From: Tubiluchus corallicola
Taxonomy: Eukaryota; Animalia; Priapulida
DNA: 64,000 nt
NCBI GenBank assembly: GCA_030141605.1
Contig: JAQGDQ010001057.1
Location: forward strand, 2,814 to 66,813
Direction of reading: 5' to 3'
In this document: positions 1 through 13,700 of the stretch, piece by piece
How the letters are laid out: each line of letters begins with the position of its first letter
How positions within the stretch are numbered: the stretch's first letter is position 1
Made by a program: the position numbers and the translations under genes
The notes under the pieces: generated by a model
The model's database searches: none
What the model was told of the DNA's origin: nothing
Seen by the model: only the letters and a program-made list of their open reading frames with translations

Positions 1-15
1 ACACACATACACACA

Positions 16-66
<51 letters not shown>
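1..66. repeat. (CA)n/(CACG)n microsatellite
   Basis: Directly visible. Confidence 0.9.
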
Positions 67-67
<1 letters not shown>

Positions 68-1016
68 AAGGATAAGTCCTTTGAACAGAGAGGTAGAATT
101 AATAAAACTTATTTACATCAAACTTGAAGGTTTGATTATGTCCTTGATTCATTGATTGATCAATTGATTAATGTTTGATTGGTTTACAAACCGTTGCATC
201 GTCTTCTTTTTTCAAAGGAAAACTGAACGATTGTGTAGACATGAGTTCTGCATAATAAGCTCTAAAATATTGAAAATTACAACGGCATTTTTAAATTAAA
301 TCTTAGATTAAATAATATTTTCCTCGTGTAGTTAAATTTTGTTAACGTTTCAAAGCTACATGCGGCTCAGTGAATCTACTAATATTCGGCTTCGTGAATC
401 GTGAATCCACAAACACTGGAAATTTGTCACATTTATGTGGCCGACAAATAGATGCTGTACCTTGATAAGCATGATCATGAAGACCAGTGTCCATCTGCGA
501 CATCAGTGTGACATAGAGCTCATTTTCGTGACATCACATCGGCGTCTTATAGCAATCTTGGCTTACTTAAACGTGTTTGATGCACAGGAAAGATGCCCAC
601 CATTGCACAAACTGTGGTTAGTTTGTGACATAAGCGATAGCTTAATTAATTACTCAACTATTCCAAACAATTGCTAAGTCTTATAGGCAAGAAAATGTAT
701 ATTGTGGACAGTAAATTAAAATGAGAATGAGTCTAATCAATCGTCCGGTTTTCCTTTGTTTGCTGGTTTCGTTTCTTCTCTCCATGAATTGATTTCATTA
801 AGAGCCACAGTCGCAGTTAATGTTCCGTTTGCGAGTTTTTATCGTGTCGCTTCGACTTAACGCCTCCTTCGACAACGTTAGGGCTCCTTTGCACACAAAT
901 TTGATTTTAATTGCTCTTTTATAGCAGCAGTTCTCAGCTAGTTTGGGAACGAGAATAAAACTGTCAGCTGTGAACATGATGATGTTAGCTGCCGGGAAAA
1001 TTGCTTATAATTCGTT

Positions 1017-1573
1017 TGTTTCTGCGTACTTGTGCATTGATTTACACTGTTACTTTCCAGGCGTACTGCTACTGAACGCAGTGCTGACGGTACAAGCTCA
1101 CAACCTGCATTGTTTCTGCGTACTTGTGCATTGATTTACACTGTTACTTTCCAGGTGTACTGCTACTGAACGCAGCGCTTACGGTACAAGCTCACAACCT
1201 GCATTGTTTCTGCGTACTTGTGCATTGATTTACACTGTTACTTTCCAGGCGTACTGCTACTGAACGCAGTGCTGACGGTACAAGCTCACAACCTGCATTG
1301 TTTCTGCGTACTTGTGCATTGATTTACACTGTTACTTTCCAGGCGTACTGCTACTGAATGCAGCGCTTACGGTACAAGCTCACAACCTGCATTGTTTCTG
1401 CGTACTTGTGCATTGATTTACACTGTTACTTTCCAGGTGTACTGCTACTGAATGCAGCGCTTACGGTACAAGCTCACAACCTGCATTGTTTCTGTGTACT
1501 TGTGCATTGATTCACACTGTTACTTTCCAGGCGTACTGCTACTGAACGCAGTGCTGACGGTACAAGCTCACAA
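1017..1573 (+). repeat. 94-bp minisatellite, about 6 copies, spanning the UNG 3' splice site
   Basis: tactttccag|g recurs with the AG ending at 1060, 1154, 1248, 1342, 1436 and 1530. The unit is intron end plus about 43 nt of exon. Confidence 0.95.
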
Positions 1574-1709
1574 TGCAAACTCTCACAAAGACAAAGGTTG
1601 GGAGAAATTTACTGATGCTGTGGTGCACTGGATCAACAACAACCTAGACTCAGTGGTCTTCCTCTTGTGGGGTGCGTACGCTCAGAAGAAAGCGGCTTTC
1701 GTAAGCAAG
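1531..1709 (+). CDS. UNG: UNG penultimate coding exon (179 nt)
   Basis: Acceptor tactttccag|GC at 1530 and donor AAG|gttagt at 1710. Encodes [11 protein letters not shown]...[10 protein letters not shown]. Confidence 0.93.
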
Positions 1710-4700
1710 GTTAGTGGCTTATGCACGTAACATTGGCGGCAAAAACATTAAAGGAAAGCGCAACATTATTTTGCACCATATCTCATTTTGACATTCTGTG
1801 TCTGTAAACATGCATTTTATCTACCTAAGATAATTAGTAAAATTTCTCTGGTAATTAAATATTTGTTAGTGTCAGAGAAAACCAAGGAAAAGTGCATGTA
1901 TGTTTTTGAATATTACTTAAACGTATTAAGACGTTTGATCCTTAAAATCTTGAGGAACACGTATTAAAGAAAATAGGTACTTAACTGTAGATTACAGCTG
2001 AAAACGACCTACACTATTGTTTAAAATATTCTTTTAAGTGAGGTTAGGTACTTAACTGTAGATTACAGCTGAATGCGACCTACACTATTGTTTAAAATAT
2101 TCTTTTAAGTGAGGTTAGGTACTTATCTGTAGATTACAGCTGAATACGACCTACACTATTGTTTAAAATATTCTTTTAAGTGAGGTTAGGTACTTAACTG
2201 TAGATTACAGCTGAAAACGACCTACACTATTGTTTAAAATATTCTTTTAAGTGAGGTTAGGTACTTAACTGTAGATTACAGCTGAAAACGACCTACACTA
2301 TTGTTTAAAATATTCTTTTAAGTGAGGTTAGGTACTTAACTGTAGATTACAGCTGAAAACGACCTACACTATTGTTTAAAATATTCTTTTAAGTGAGGTT
2401 AGGTACTTAACTGTAGATTACAGCTGAATGCGACCTACACTATTGTTTAAAATATTCTTTTAAGTGAGGTTAGGTACTTAACTGTAGATTACAGCTGAAA
2501 ACGACCTACACTATTGTTTAAAATATTCTTTTAAGTGAGGTTAGGTACTTAACTGTAGATTACAGCTGAATGCGACCTACACTATTGTTTAAAATATTCT
2601 TTTAAGTGAGGTTAGGTACTTAACTGTAGATTACAGCTGAAAACGACCTACACTATTGTTTAAAATATTCTTTTAAGTGAGGTTAGGTACTTAACTGTAG
2701 ATTACAGCTGAAGTTATTGTTTAAAATATTCTTTTAAGTGAGGTTAGGTACTTAACTGTAGATTACAGCTGAATGCGACCTACACTATTGTTTAAAATAT
2801 TCTTTTAAGTGAGGTTAGGTACTTAACTGTAGATTACAGCTGAATGCGACCTACACTATTGTTTAAAATATTCTTTTAAGTGAGGTTAGGTACTTAACTG
2901 TAGATTACAGCTGAATGCGACCTACACTATTGTTTAAAATATTCTTTTAAGTGAGGTTAGGTACTTAACTGTAGATTACAGCTGAAAACTACCTACACCA
3001 TTGTTTAAAATATTCTTTTAAGTGAGGTTAGGTACTTAACTGTAGATTACAGCTGAATACTACCTACACTATTGTTTAAAATATTGTTTTAAATGAGGTG
3101 CAATGGGTTGTAGCTTTGCTACAGTCTAGCTGCATGGCCGGCTAATATGGCTCACCGATATCAGTAGTTAAAAAAAGCAGTTTATCTCTCCTGAATGCAC
3201 ATTTTATTAGAAACAAAACATACATTACTGAAGCACCGAAAATTGAGTTTTTTTGTGCTTGTAAATTATGCTTCGGCACAAAACTTATTCGCATCAATGT
3301 TCGTCGCTGAAATGCCTTAGAACAGGGGTGTGCAAACTGCGGCCCACGGGCCACTTGCGGCCCGCCGAGAGATCTTGTGCGGCCCGCGAAGAGGTTTGTC
3401 AACGTAATGATAGTGCAGCCCACGTGATCCAGCTCAAGTCTGCGCCAATATCGCAAAGATAGTGCGGGTAGTTTTTTCCTCTAGATCGGATGGCATTAAC
3501 CCCTACAAGACCGTTGTCACTTAATGTCACTGTCGGGCATGATGAAATATATGGTTTTTAATGTAAATTTTAATAACTTCTAAAATAGTTTCTTGAGTGT
3601 AGTAGTGTAGTAGTAATGATGTGCACAGGTCGGATGCAAAAAAATCGTTATTAGGTCCTACTGTACTTGGCTCCTTGACCAAACTGCCTGTGGCCCGCAG
3701 GAATTGCGGGAAAGTTTAATGTGGCCCGGCTAGTCAGATAGTTTGCACACCCCTGCCTTAGAACGATTAACTTTAAACAATGTAATGTTTTAATAAATGC
3801 GAAAGTCCACTATACTGAACAGAAACATGAATGGAGTGACAAGTAATCTAGCAAATCTTCGAAGACTGCCACACTCATACTATCAGGCAGTAATTAAGTA
3901 ACGAGTTGGCACTACATTCTCTTCAGCATTCTTGATAACTGCCTTTTCATCTTTCTTTTGAGATCTATCTTTGTTTCTGTAATTAAATGAAATATAGTCT
4001 CTGCCGATGGCGATGTTATTTCATAATGCTATACCCAGATTTCCACTGACGCCGACAATATCGGCTTGGCGTTGCTAGTAGCAGATAGGGGTTTGTCCGT
4101 GTTGCTCTGTTTTTGCAGTGTGCTCAGATGCCCGTGTTTTTTCCAATATGGCCACTCGTCCAACGTTTCGGGTAGCACTTTTCCTCGTGTTTCCGGAAAA
4201 AGGATGATGACGAAGCCGACAGCGAATGCCAGAGATCCGAAAAGAACCGGCTGTAGCCACGCGAAGTTTCGCTGCTGTAAACAACAAAATATCTAATTAT
4301 CTGAACTGTTACTCTGAAATAGACTGATGTTGCATTACAGTGAGACGTTCGACTGATATGCCGTGTCGACTAGGCTGCCGACAGAAGGGCAAACTACCCA
4401 GGCATTATTAAAGTACACTGCAAGCGATTTCCTTAGTTACAGAGATAACAGTTATTAACTTGCATATTTGGTCATATACATGTGTTATTGCATATAGGGC
4501 TTGCATTAGCACTGGGCAGCCGACAGAAGGGCTTAACTACCCAGGCATCATTAAAGTACACTGCAAGCGATTTCCTTAGTTACAGAGATAACAGTTATTA
4601 ACTTGCATATTTGTGTCATATACATGTGCTATTGCATATGGGGCTTGCATTAGCAGTAAGGCGGTATAAAGCTTGTAAATTTAAACTCTCGCTATTGACC

Positions 4701-7700
4701 ATTTGGCGCAGGCTTTTTAGCGACAAATTGTTGATAGAATTTTAGGTTACATTAGGCAAAGTTTGAAAAAATAATCAAAACATAGGTAGCCGACTTTTCA
4801 CTAATTAGTCAAAGGTTATAATTGCTTTTTATGGTCAGTAAAGTCAATAAAGTGTTTTTTTTGGTGAGCCAGTGATGCACACTGAGATGATGATACAGTG
4901 GCATTGTATTATGAATTTATGAATTATGAATTTATTCCACAGCAACTCAAACATACATATAAATTGATATAACATTGAAAAAAAATAAACTATGCGAGTT
5001 ACTGTGAGGAGGAGGAAGGAGCATTGAGCTTTCGAGTCCTCCTCTAGATAAGTGAAACAATTGACAATTAACATTACATTTTCATCAGTTATAACGTACA
5101 TTAGAACAAAATAAGTTTTGTTAGTAACTTAAGATCAGGATGAGTAAAATTGTGAGTTAATTATACCGTTGTAGTAAGTAATTCTTTGATGCTTTTTTAA
5201 ATTGATAAAGATTAAGAGTTTTCATTTCACGCGGAATTGATGACCATATTTTAATAGCATTATATTTTGATGACTGTTTCATTATATTTGTTTTGGAAGG
5301 GGGAGTACATAGTTTCCGACTGAATATCTTGTGTAATGATCATGTTGATTTGAAACTGGACTAAAGTATGACTGAAAAGCTGGTGGAAGTAGTGAATTAT
5401 GATACTGATACATGAAATGAAGACAATACATGTCATATATTTCTTTCACTTTAAGAGTTTTAACAGACAAGTAAATTATATTTGTGGGATGGTCATACCT
5501 TACATGATATATTAGTTTGAGAATTTTGTTCTGGGTAATTTGTAAAGCTTCCAGATTACTTTTATATGTACCAGTTGGCTCAAAAATTTTAAATTATTAA
5601 GAGCTTTCTTTTCCAATTACATGAGTTTTTCAAACAGGTAAGTGCAATGCTAGTAACGCGTAAGCGTGCTCAGACTCGAAAGCAAATTTGCTGCGAGTTA
5701 CTTTGCAACAGTAAGTGCGAGCTGACGCTCTGCTCTGCGTGAGGAGAGTAACTCGCCGAGATGTTCACACTAGACAGTTAATCAACTCGCAGCAACTGTC
5801 AGAGAGAGTAACTCGCAAAGCAGTTCACACTTGTGAGTTTGTTGTCAAAGAGAGTAACTCGCAAAGCAGTTCACACTTGCGAGTTTGTTGTCAGAGAGAG
5901 TAAATCGCAAAGCAGTTCACACTTGCGAGTTTGTTGTCAGAGAGAGTAACTCGCAAAGCAGTTCACACTTGCGAGTTTGTTGTCAGAGAGAGTAACTCGC
6001 AAAGCACTTCACACTTGCGAGTTTGTTGTCAGAGAGAGTAACTCGCAAAGCAGTTCACACTTGCGAGTTTGTTGTCAGAGAGAGTAACTCACAAAGCAGT
6101 TCACACTTGCGAGTTTGTTGTCAGAGAGAGTAAATCGCAAAGCAGTTCACACTTGCGAGTTTGTTGTCAGAGAGAGTAAATCGCAAAGCAGTTCACACTT
6201 GTGAGTTTGTTGTCAGAGAGAGTAACTCGCAAAGCAGTTCACACTTGCGAGTTTGTTGTCAGAGAGAGGAACTCGCAAAGCACTTCACACTTGCGAGTTT
6301 GTTGTCAGAGAGAGGAACTCGCAAAGCAGTTCACACTTGCGAGTTTGTTGTCAGAGAGAGTAACTCGCAAAGCAGTTCACACTTGCGAGTTTGTTGCCAG
6401 AGAGAGTAACTCGCAAAGCAGTTCACACTTGCGAGTTTGTTGTCAGAGAGAGTAACTCGCAAAGCAGTTCACACTTGCCAGTTTGTTGTCAGAGAGAGTA
6501 ACTCGCAAAGCAATTCACACTTGCGAGTTTGTTGTCAGAGAGAGTAACTCGCAAAGCAGTTCACACTTGCGAGTTTGTTGTCAGAGAGAGTAACTCGCAA
6601 AACAGGTCACACTTGCGAGTTTGTTGTCAGAGAGAGTAACTCGCAAAGCAGTTCACACTTGCGAGTTTGTTGTCAGAGAGAGTAACTCACAAAGCAGTTC
6701 ACACTTGCCAGTTTGTTGTCAGCAAGAGTAACTCGCAAAGCAGTTCACACTTGCGAGTTTGTTGTCAGAGAGAGTAACTCGCAAAGCAGTTCACACTTGC
6801 GAGTTTGTTGTCAGAGACAGTAACTCGCAAAGCAGTTCACACTTGCGAGTTTGTTGTCAGAGAGAGTAACTCGCAAAGCAGTTCACACTTGCCAGTTTGT
6901 TGTCAGAGAGAGTAACTCGCAAAGCAATTCACACTTGCGAGTTTGTTGTCAGAGAGAGTAACTCGCAAAGCAGTTCACACTTGCGAGTTTGTTGTCAGAG
7001 AGAGTAACTCGCAAAACAGGTCACACTTGCGAGTTTGTTGTCAGAGAGAGTAACTCGCAAAGCAGTTCACACTTGCGAGTTTGTTGTCAGAGAGAGTAAC
7101 TCACAAAGCAGTTCACACTTGCCAGTTTGTTGTCAGCAAGAGTAACTCGCAAAGCAGTTCACACTTGCGAGTTTGTTGTCAGAGAGAGTAACTCGCAAAG
7201 CAGTTCACACTTGCGAGTTTGTTGTCAGAGACAGTAACTTGCAAAGCAGTTCACACTTGTGGGTTTGTTGTCAGAGATAGTAACTCGCAAAGCAGTTCAC
7301 ACTTGTGAGATAACTGTCAAAGAGAAAACTTGAGGACTCGCTAGTGGCCAGGTTTTTCCAACGATCAATTTCTATTAGTGACCTCAGGTGTTGGTAACTG
7401 CCCTTGTGCAAGTTCTTGTGTGTGTTTGTAAACTATTATGCTTGTACTTACCAATGCTATGGTGAGTGGTGCAACCATTGAGCCTATACGAGCAACACTA
7501 GATGACATGCCTAGTCCCGAGTTTCTGAAATAGCAATCAGTTTTTTTGGAAATTTATGGTTAACTGCCTGTAGCATAATGTTGTCGTGTTAAAGCAGAAA
7601 AAGTGCCTTACGTGAAACAATTATTACCACACAAACACAATTTCGCATTCACACCACTAGTTCTTCGCTGTTACATGCATTTCGCCATTCGCTAGTTAGA

Positions 7701-10700
7701 CCGGCAGTAGCGCCTGCATTTTGGAAATGCATTGCACAAAAAACAGGTGCTGTATTTCTCATATCAGGTGTGTTAGTTTGTGACGAACTACACATGTTCG
7801 ACAGCTCATGCGTAAGTTGCTTAGTTAACAGAATTCTGTTGTAGCTTGTTAAAATAATTATTCTGTTAACTTGTCGGGGTCATCATGCTACTTAGAGGGC
7901 AGCGAAATTATCAAGAAGCAAAAATAGTATTAATAATTTCTGAAAGCGTTGGAAAAAACAGGTGCTGTACGTTTCAGTTTAGATGTGTTATTTTGTGACG
8001 AACTGCACACGTTCGATAGCTCACGCGTGAGCACAGCGGTAAATATAAAATTTGAATTTTTATCTTAAAACTTGCCTAGTTTCAGTACAACACACTGAAT
8101 ATCTTACAGTAGCACTGTACTTCAATTTTCTCTTTCACAAACACGTGCAACACACTCGTGGAATACATTTGCTGTTGAAAGTTATGTTAGTTTGTGATGT
8201 CATCAATAGTAGGGTTTGCCAGCCATTAATTAAGATTTTAATCTATTATTTAATTATAAAAAACGCTTTTGCAGTATTAATTGTGTTAAAATGTATACTT
8301 TTTATCAGACTTGAATGTGGGGTAGAGTATGAAAAATCATCCTATCAACCTGTAACAGTACAGCAGACTATCAAAGAGCAATACTAGGTATTAGTTTCAT
8401 TATAAACACTGGCATTTTTCAAATGTTTCCTTGCAGTTGCTGCCATCTTTCAGGCATTAGTAGAAAGAAGGCTATGTAATAAAAAAAACGAGTGAAATTA
8501 CCTAACTTCCGTAGGATAAATTTCTGCGGTGTACAGAAAGAGGGCGACAAAACCAGCCGAGTTGGCAGCTTTTCCCATGGATACCACCGCCGTGACGATC
8601 CACGATACGTCGTTTCCGTTGCCTGTAGACAACAAAAGACTATTTGCAATTAGAAATATTTGCGGAAGCAGTTTAGTGGAACTCACATTTTGAACAAGGA
8701 GACAGTGCTCTTCTAAGGCTTGCCTTTGCATAACTGTGAAACAATAAGCCTTTTCACAGTTTCGCTATGTGCACTCTCAGCTGCTGTACAAAGTGCAGCA
8801 CAGTAACGCGTTTTAACTACAATCGTCACATGACGTGTAATAAAGTAAAGCCGTCTGTTGTGTCAGTTAAGTAACTTCAGTTGTTTTATGTGGACTTTAC
8901 TCATTTATTTATGAAAAACTGCTCTCACTAAGCAGTGGTTATATTATATTTGATGATTTTTGTAGATTATACTATGTGAATTATATATGAAATGCATTTC
9001 CTTACCGTAGACAAATTAAAAATGGATTTTTGACGAAAAAATGAAAAAAATCTCTCTGTAACTGTAGAGTTTCTCATCACAGAAAAATTCGCCTGTCCAA
9101 ACACAAAACTTTGATGCACTTTTGCTTTAAGTCTACTCTGTTTTTAAGCAGAAATTCCTGTTAAAAGATGAAAGGACCTTAATTTGTCCTTGATTCATCG
9201 GTTGGTTTTTCCTGAAGCAGCAGCAGAACACTGCAAAGCTTGAGCTGTAGCAAGCAGGCGATCAATAAATTAGTGTGTACGATCACGCAAGTGTACACCA
9301 GAGTAAGCTACTTAATAGGCTAAGTTGAAGTACCTGATACAGGTGTGTTTTCCTTATTTTATCCAACTAAATCACGTATAAATGTTTAAACAAATAGCAT
9401 GATTGGATAGCCAATATTCTCCTGAATAGAACACTACCTAATTTGTAATCATTTATTTATGTCTGTGCTCATACAGTAGCAGAAAAGTCATAGGTCTTAT
9501 AAGACACATTTTGAATGGTGGAGTCTTGAATGAGTTAATGATAAAGACTTTTGTAGTTAAAGTGGTGCATTAATCGAATCTATAATTTTAGGTTATCAAA
9601 TCCGAACAAAAAAAATTGTTCGAATCAAATTCGATTTAGTTCTCAGCCCTGCTCACTAGGGGTGAGCATTCTCTACCAGAAAGCGAATTCGAATCGAACC
9701 GAATTTGCGACTTTCGAATTCGAATCGAACCGAACTTCAGAGTTTCGAATTCGAAGCGAATTCGAATTGAGATCAAAAGATTTTCGAACCACCAGCAAAA
9801 ATTAGTCTTACAAAGATCATGCATATCATTGGATTTTGTTCTGCAATAAAACGACTAGTAATTTGTTTAAAATTGTGTGCAGAAATCACAGCTAAATTAT
9901 GCTAATTGCATGATGTTTCAATCGTTTTAGTGATAAAGAACATATGTGATTGAAGTGCTGAATTATTCGAATCTATAGTATTGGATTCGAATCGAGTTCG
10001 AACTAAAAAAAACTCGTTCGAATCGAATTTGAGCGGTCGATGCTCACCCCTACTGCTCACTGATTAACCACTCACTTTTCTTTCCTGGTAGAAATAACAA
10101 AGATGCCAATGTTATTCCACATATCAAATGAAATGCCGATAACGACTTGACTCTTCCAAACCTAGACTGCAACAAGAATGAGTATTAGTAAGATTTTAAT
10201 GAAAATTACGTACCAAACCACAGCTGTTTCATGAGAGAATGACTTTTAAAGGACAAGTACCCACTTTCCACAAGTAAAGCTTAACTCATTTAGGATTGTA
10301 AGCGTTTGCTGCATTTTACATGGGTTCAATAAAATCACTTATGCTTAAACAAATAGCCTGATTTGACAGCTGAGATTCTTTCGAATAGAACACTACCTAA
10401 TTTGTAAATTGTTTAGTTGTGTCTGTCCTCATACAGTAGCAGAAGAGCCATAGGTCTTATAAGACGTATTTTGAATTGCGCAGTCCTGAAGGAGTTAAAA
10501 TTATCTTAAAATTTTACACCATGTACAGGCTGTCTTATTGCATACAGGACTTGTGTTAGGCTGTTTTATTGCATACAGGACTTGTGTTAGGCTGTCTTAT
10601 TGCATACAGGACTTGTGTTAGGCTGTCTTATTGCATACAGGACTTGTGTTAGGCTGTCTTATTGCATACAGGACTTGTGTTAGGCTGTCTTATTGCATAC

Positions 10701-13700
10701 AGGACTTGTGTTAGCAATAACGCTGTTTAAATCTTGGAAACTTAAACTCTCGCAATGACCATTATGTGTGACCATTTTAACAATAAGACATTCGAAATAA
10801 GTTTGGTAAGTTTAGATTTAGATTATTTTGCGTAAAGTTTGAAAAAATAATCAGGACATCGTAGCATGCTCTTTGCTAAATAAGGAAAGTATAAATTACT
10901 TTGTATGATCAATAAGATTAATAACGTGTTTATTGATGAATCAGCAGTGCACACTGGGATGGCAATGCAGTGCACGCTGGGATGGCAATGTAGTGCACAC
11001 TGGGATAGCAACGCAGAGCTGTTTTACCAGTTGACACGAATATTTTATTTTTTTAAATTTTGTTTTCTAATTACATACGCATTTCAAACAGGTAAACGTA
11101 ATACTAAAAATACAACTTTGTATTAAAAGCTTTTTGAGATATACAATGCTTTAAAATGCTCTTTTCTCAATTTCTTCTCCTTTTATATCAGTTGTGAATG
11201 GCTTTGTTTGGCTCGCATGTTAGAGAGTGCTGTGGAAGTTGGAATTGTACATTTTTAATTAGGTGCTGCCATCTATTAACTAATCCTGTTACATTCTACC
11301 AGCTAACTTACCCCCAGTATAATTGTATGGTCCAGTGAATGCATATTCACTGGTTCTCTCCCTATTTTAAAGTAATGGTTGTTGTGAAGCCTTTGCAAGT
11401 CTGCATAGGTCACCTATACCTATATATACTGACTGGTTTTGCTTTCTAGTCACTCTCTAACTCTCAGTGTTCAGTGCAGGACTCTCTAACTCTCAGTGTT
11501 CAGTGCAGGACACTCTAACTCTCAGTGTTCAGTGCAGGACACTCTCATTATGAGTGTTCAGTGCAGGACTCTCTAACTCTCAGTGTTCAGTGCAGGACTC
11601 TCTAACTCTCAGTGTTCAGTGCAGGACACTCTAACTCTCAGTGTTCAGTGCAGGACTCTCTAACTCTCAGTGTTCAGTGCAGGACACTCTAACTCTCAGT
11701 GTTCAGTGCAGGACACTAACTCTCAGTGTTCAGTGCAGGACACTAACTCTCAGTGTTCAGTGCAGGACACTCTCACTCTCAGTGTTCAGTGCAGGACACT
11801 CTCATTCTCAGTGTTCAGTGCAGGACTCTCTAACTCTCAGTGTTCAGTGCAGGACTCTCTAACTCTCAGTGTTCAGTGCAGGACACTCTAACTCTCAGTG
11901 TTCAGTGCAGGACTCTCTAACTCTCAGTGTTCAGTGCAGGACTCTAACTCTCAGTGTTCAGTGCAGGACTCTAACTCTCAGTGTTCAGTGCAGGACTCTC
12001 TCACTCTCAGTGTTCAGTGCAGGACTCTCTAACTCTCAGTGTTCAGTGCAGGACTCTCTAACTCTCAGTGTTCAGTGCAGGACACTCTCATTCTCAGTGT
12101 TCAGTGCAGGACACTCTCATTATGAGTGTTCAGTGCAGGACACTCTAACTCTCAGTGTTCAGTGCAGGACACTCTCATTCTCAGTGTTCAGTGCAGCAGT
12201 CATTCTACTCATGTGTCTGTAGTCTAATAAACACTTTTCTGTTTTGTGCAATGCAGATATGTATTATAGATTCTGTATTCTTCATACTTCTGTGCCTAAA
12301 CTCAATCAAACAAAGTGAGTGATCTATAACTTCAAACATGACTTTCACAAGACAAACATGACATTATAAACTGAATCGTCAGCAACAAGCACATAACTGC
12401 ACCTAAATTATGCAAGATTCTTCAGCTTGTTTTAAAATACGAAAAGCAAACATAAGACAACTCTAAACTCAGTTTTTAATCTTCGAGTTTGCTATTTGCC
12501 AAACGTATTCCTGAACGGTCCGTAATGCAGTTTAAAGTGTTTCCAACTCGCCTTTCTGAACAGAGCTTTGCCGCAATACATGCCGGAATTTCCACGACTC
12601 CCGACAGAAAGAAGTTCAAGTGGAGGTTGCCCGTCAACTCTCCAACTCCTAACGTCAGGCCGTAGTAGACCATTGCATCGGTCACCCTGTAAGCAAAGGT
12701 AATAGGGAAGAAATGATTGCAGCACCTCTTTTAGTTTTAAAAAAAAAATGAATTTTCTTTTTACAACCTTTGTAAGCAAAGGTAATAGGGAAGAAATGAT
12801 TGCAGCACCTCTTTTAGTTTTAGAAAAATTGAATTTTCTTTGGACAACCTTTGTAAGCAAAGGTAATGGGGAAGAAATGACTACAGCACCTCTTTTAGTT
12901 TTATAAAAATTGAATTTTGTTTGCACAACCTTTGTAAGCAAAGGTAATAGGGAAGAAATGATTGCAGCATCTCTTTTAGTTTTAGAAAAATTGAATTTTC
13001 TTTGCACAACCTTTGTAAGCAAAGGTAATAGGGAAGAAATGATTGCAGTACCTCTTTTAGTTTTAGAAAAATTGAATTTTCTTTGCACAACCTTTGTAAG
13101 CAAAGGTAATAGGGAAGAAATGATTGCAGCACCTCTTTTAGTTTTATAAAAATTGAATTTTCTTTGGACAACCTTTGTAAGCAAAGGTAATGGGGAAGAA
13201 ATGACTGCAGCACCTCTTTTAGTTTTATAAAAATTGAATTTTGTTTGCACAACCTTTGTAAGCAAAGGTAATAGGGAAGAAATGATTGCAGCATCTCTTT
13301 TAGTTTTAGAAAAATTGAATTTTCTTTGCACAACCTTTGTAAGCAAAGGTAATAGGGAAGAAATGATTGCAGCACCTCTTTTAGTTTTAGAAAAATTGAA
13401 TTTTCTTTGCACAACCTTTGTAAGCAAAGGTAATAGGGAAGAAATGATTGCAGCACCTCTTTTAGCTTTATAAAAATTGAATTTTGCTTGCACAACCTTT
13501 CCTAATGTGAAAAGTGATGAAAAACTTAAACCACACTCAATTTTAATGTAAAGTAAATTGCCAGGGAAGTTAGGCTTATTTCAATGTTGGCCAAAATGTT
13601 GGAAGGATCTAACAATAAGAGTGTGAGAAGCGACTCGTGTAATTAGTAAAACCGTTTTACTAATTACCGTAAAAGTTTCAATCATTTAATTCTTGGGAGC

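Noticed and set aside
12492-13495. 333-aa and 204-aa ORFs on the - strand
   Set aside because: Translations of an 81-bp (27-codon) repeat. They enter SLC22-A exon 5 in the wrong frame and show no domain features.
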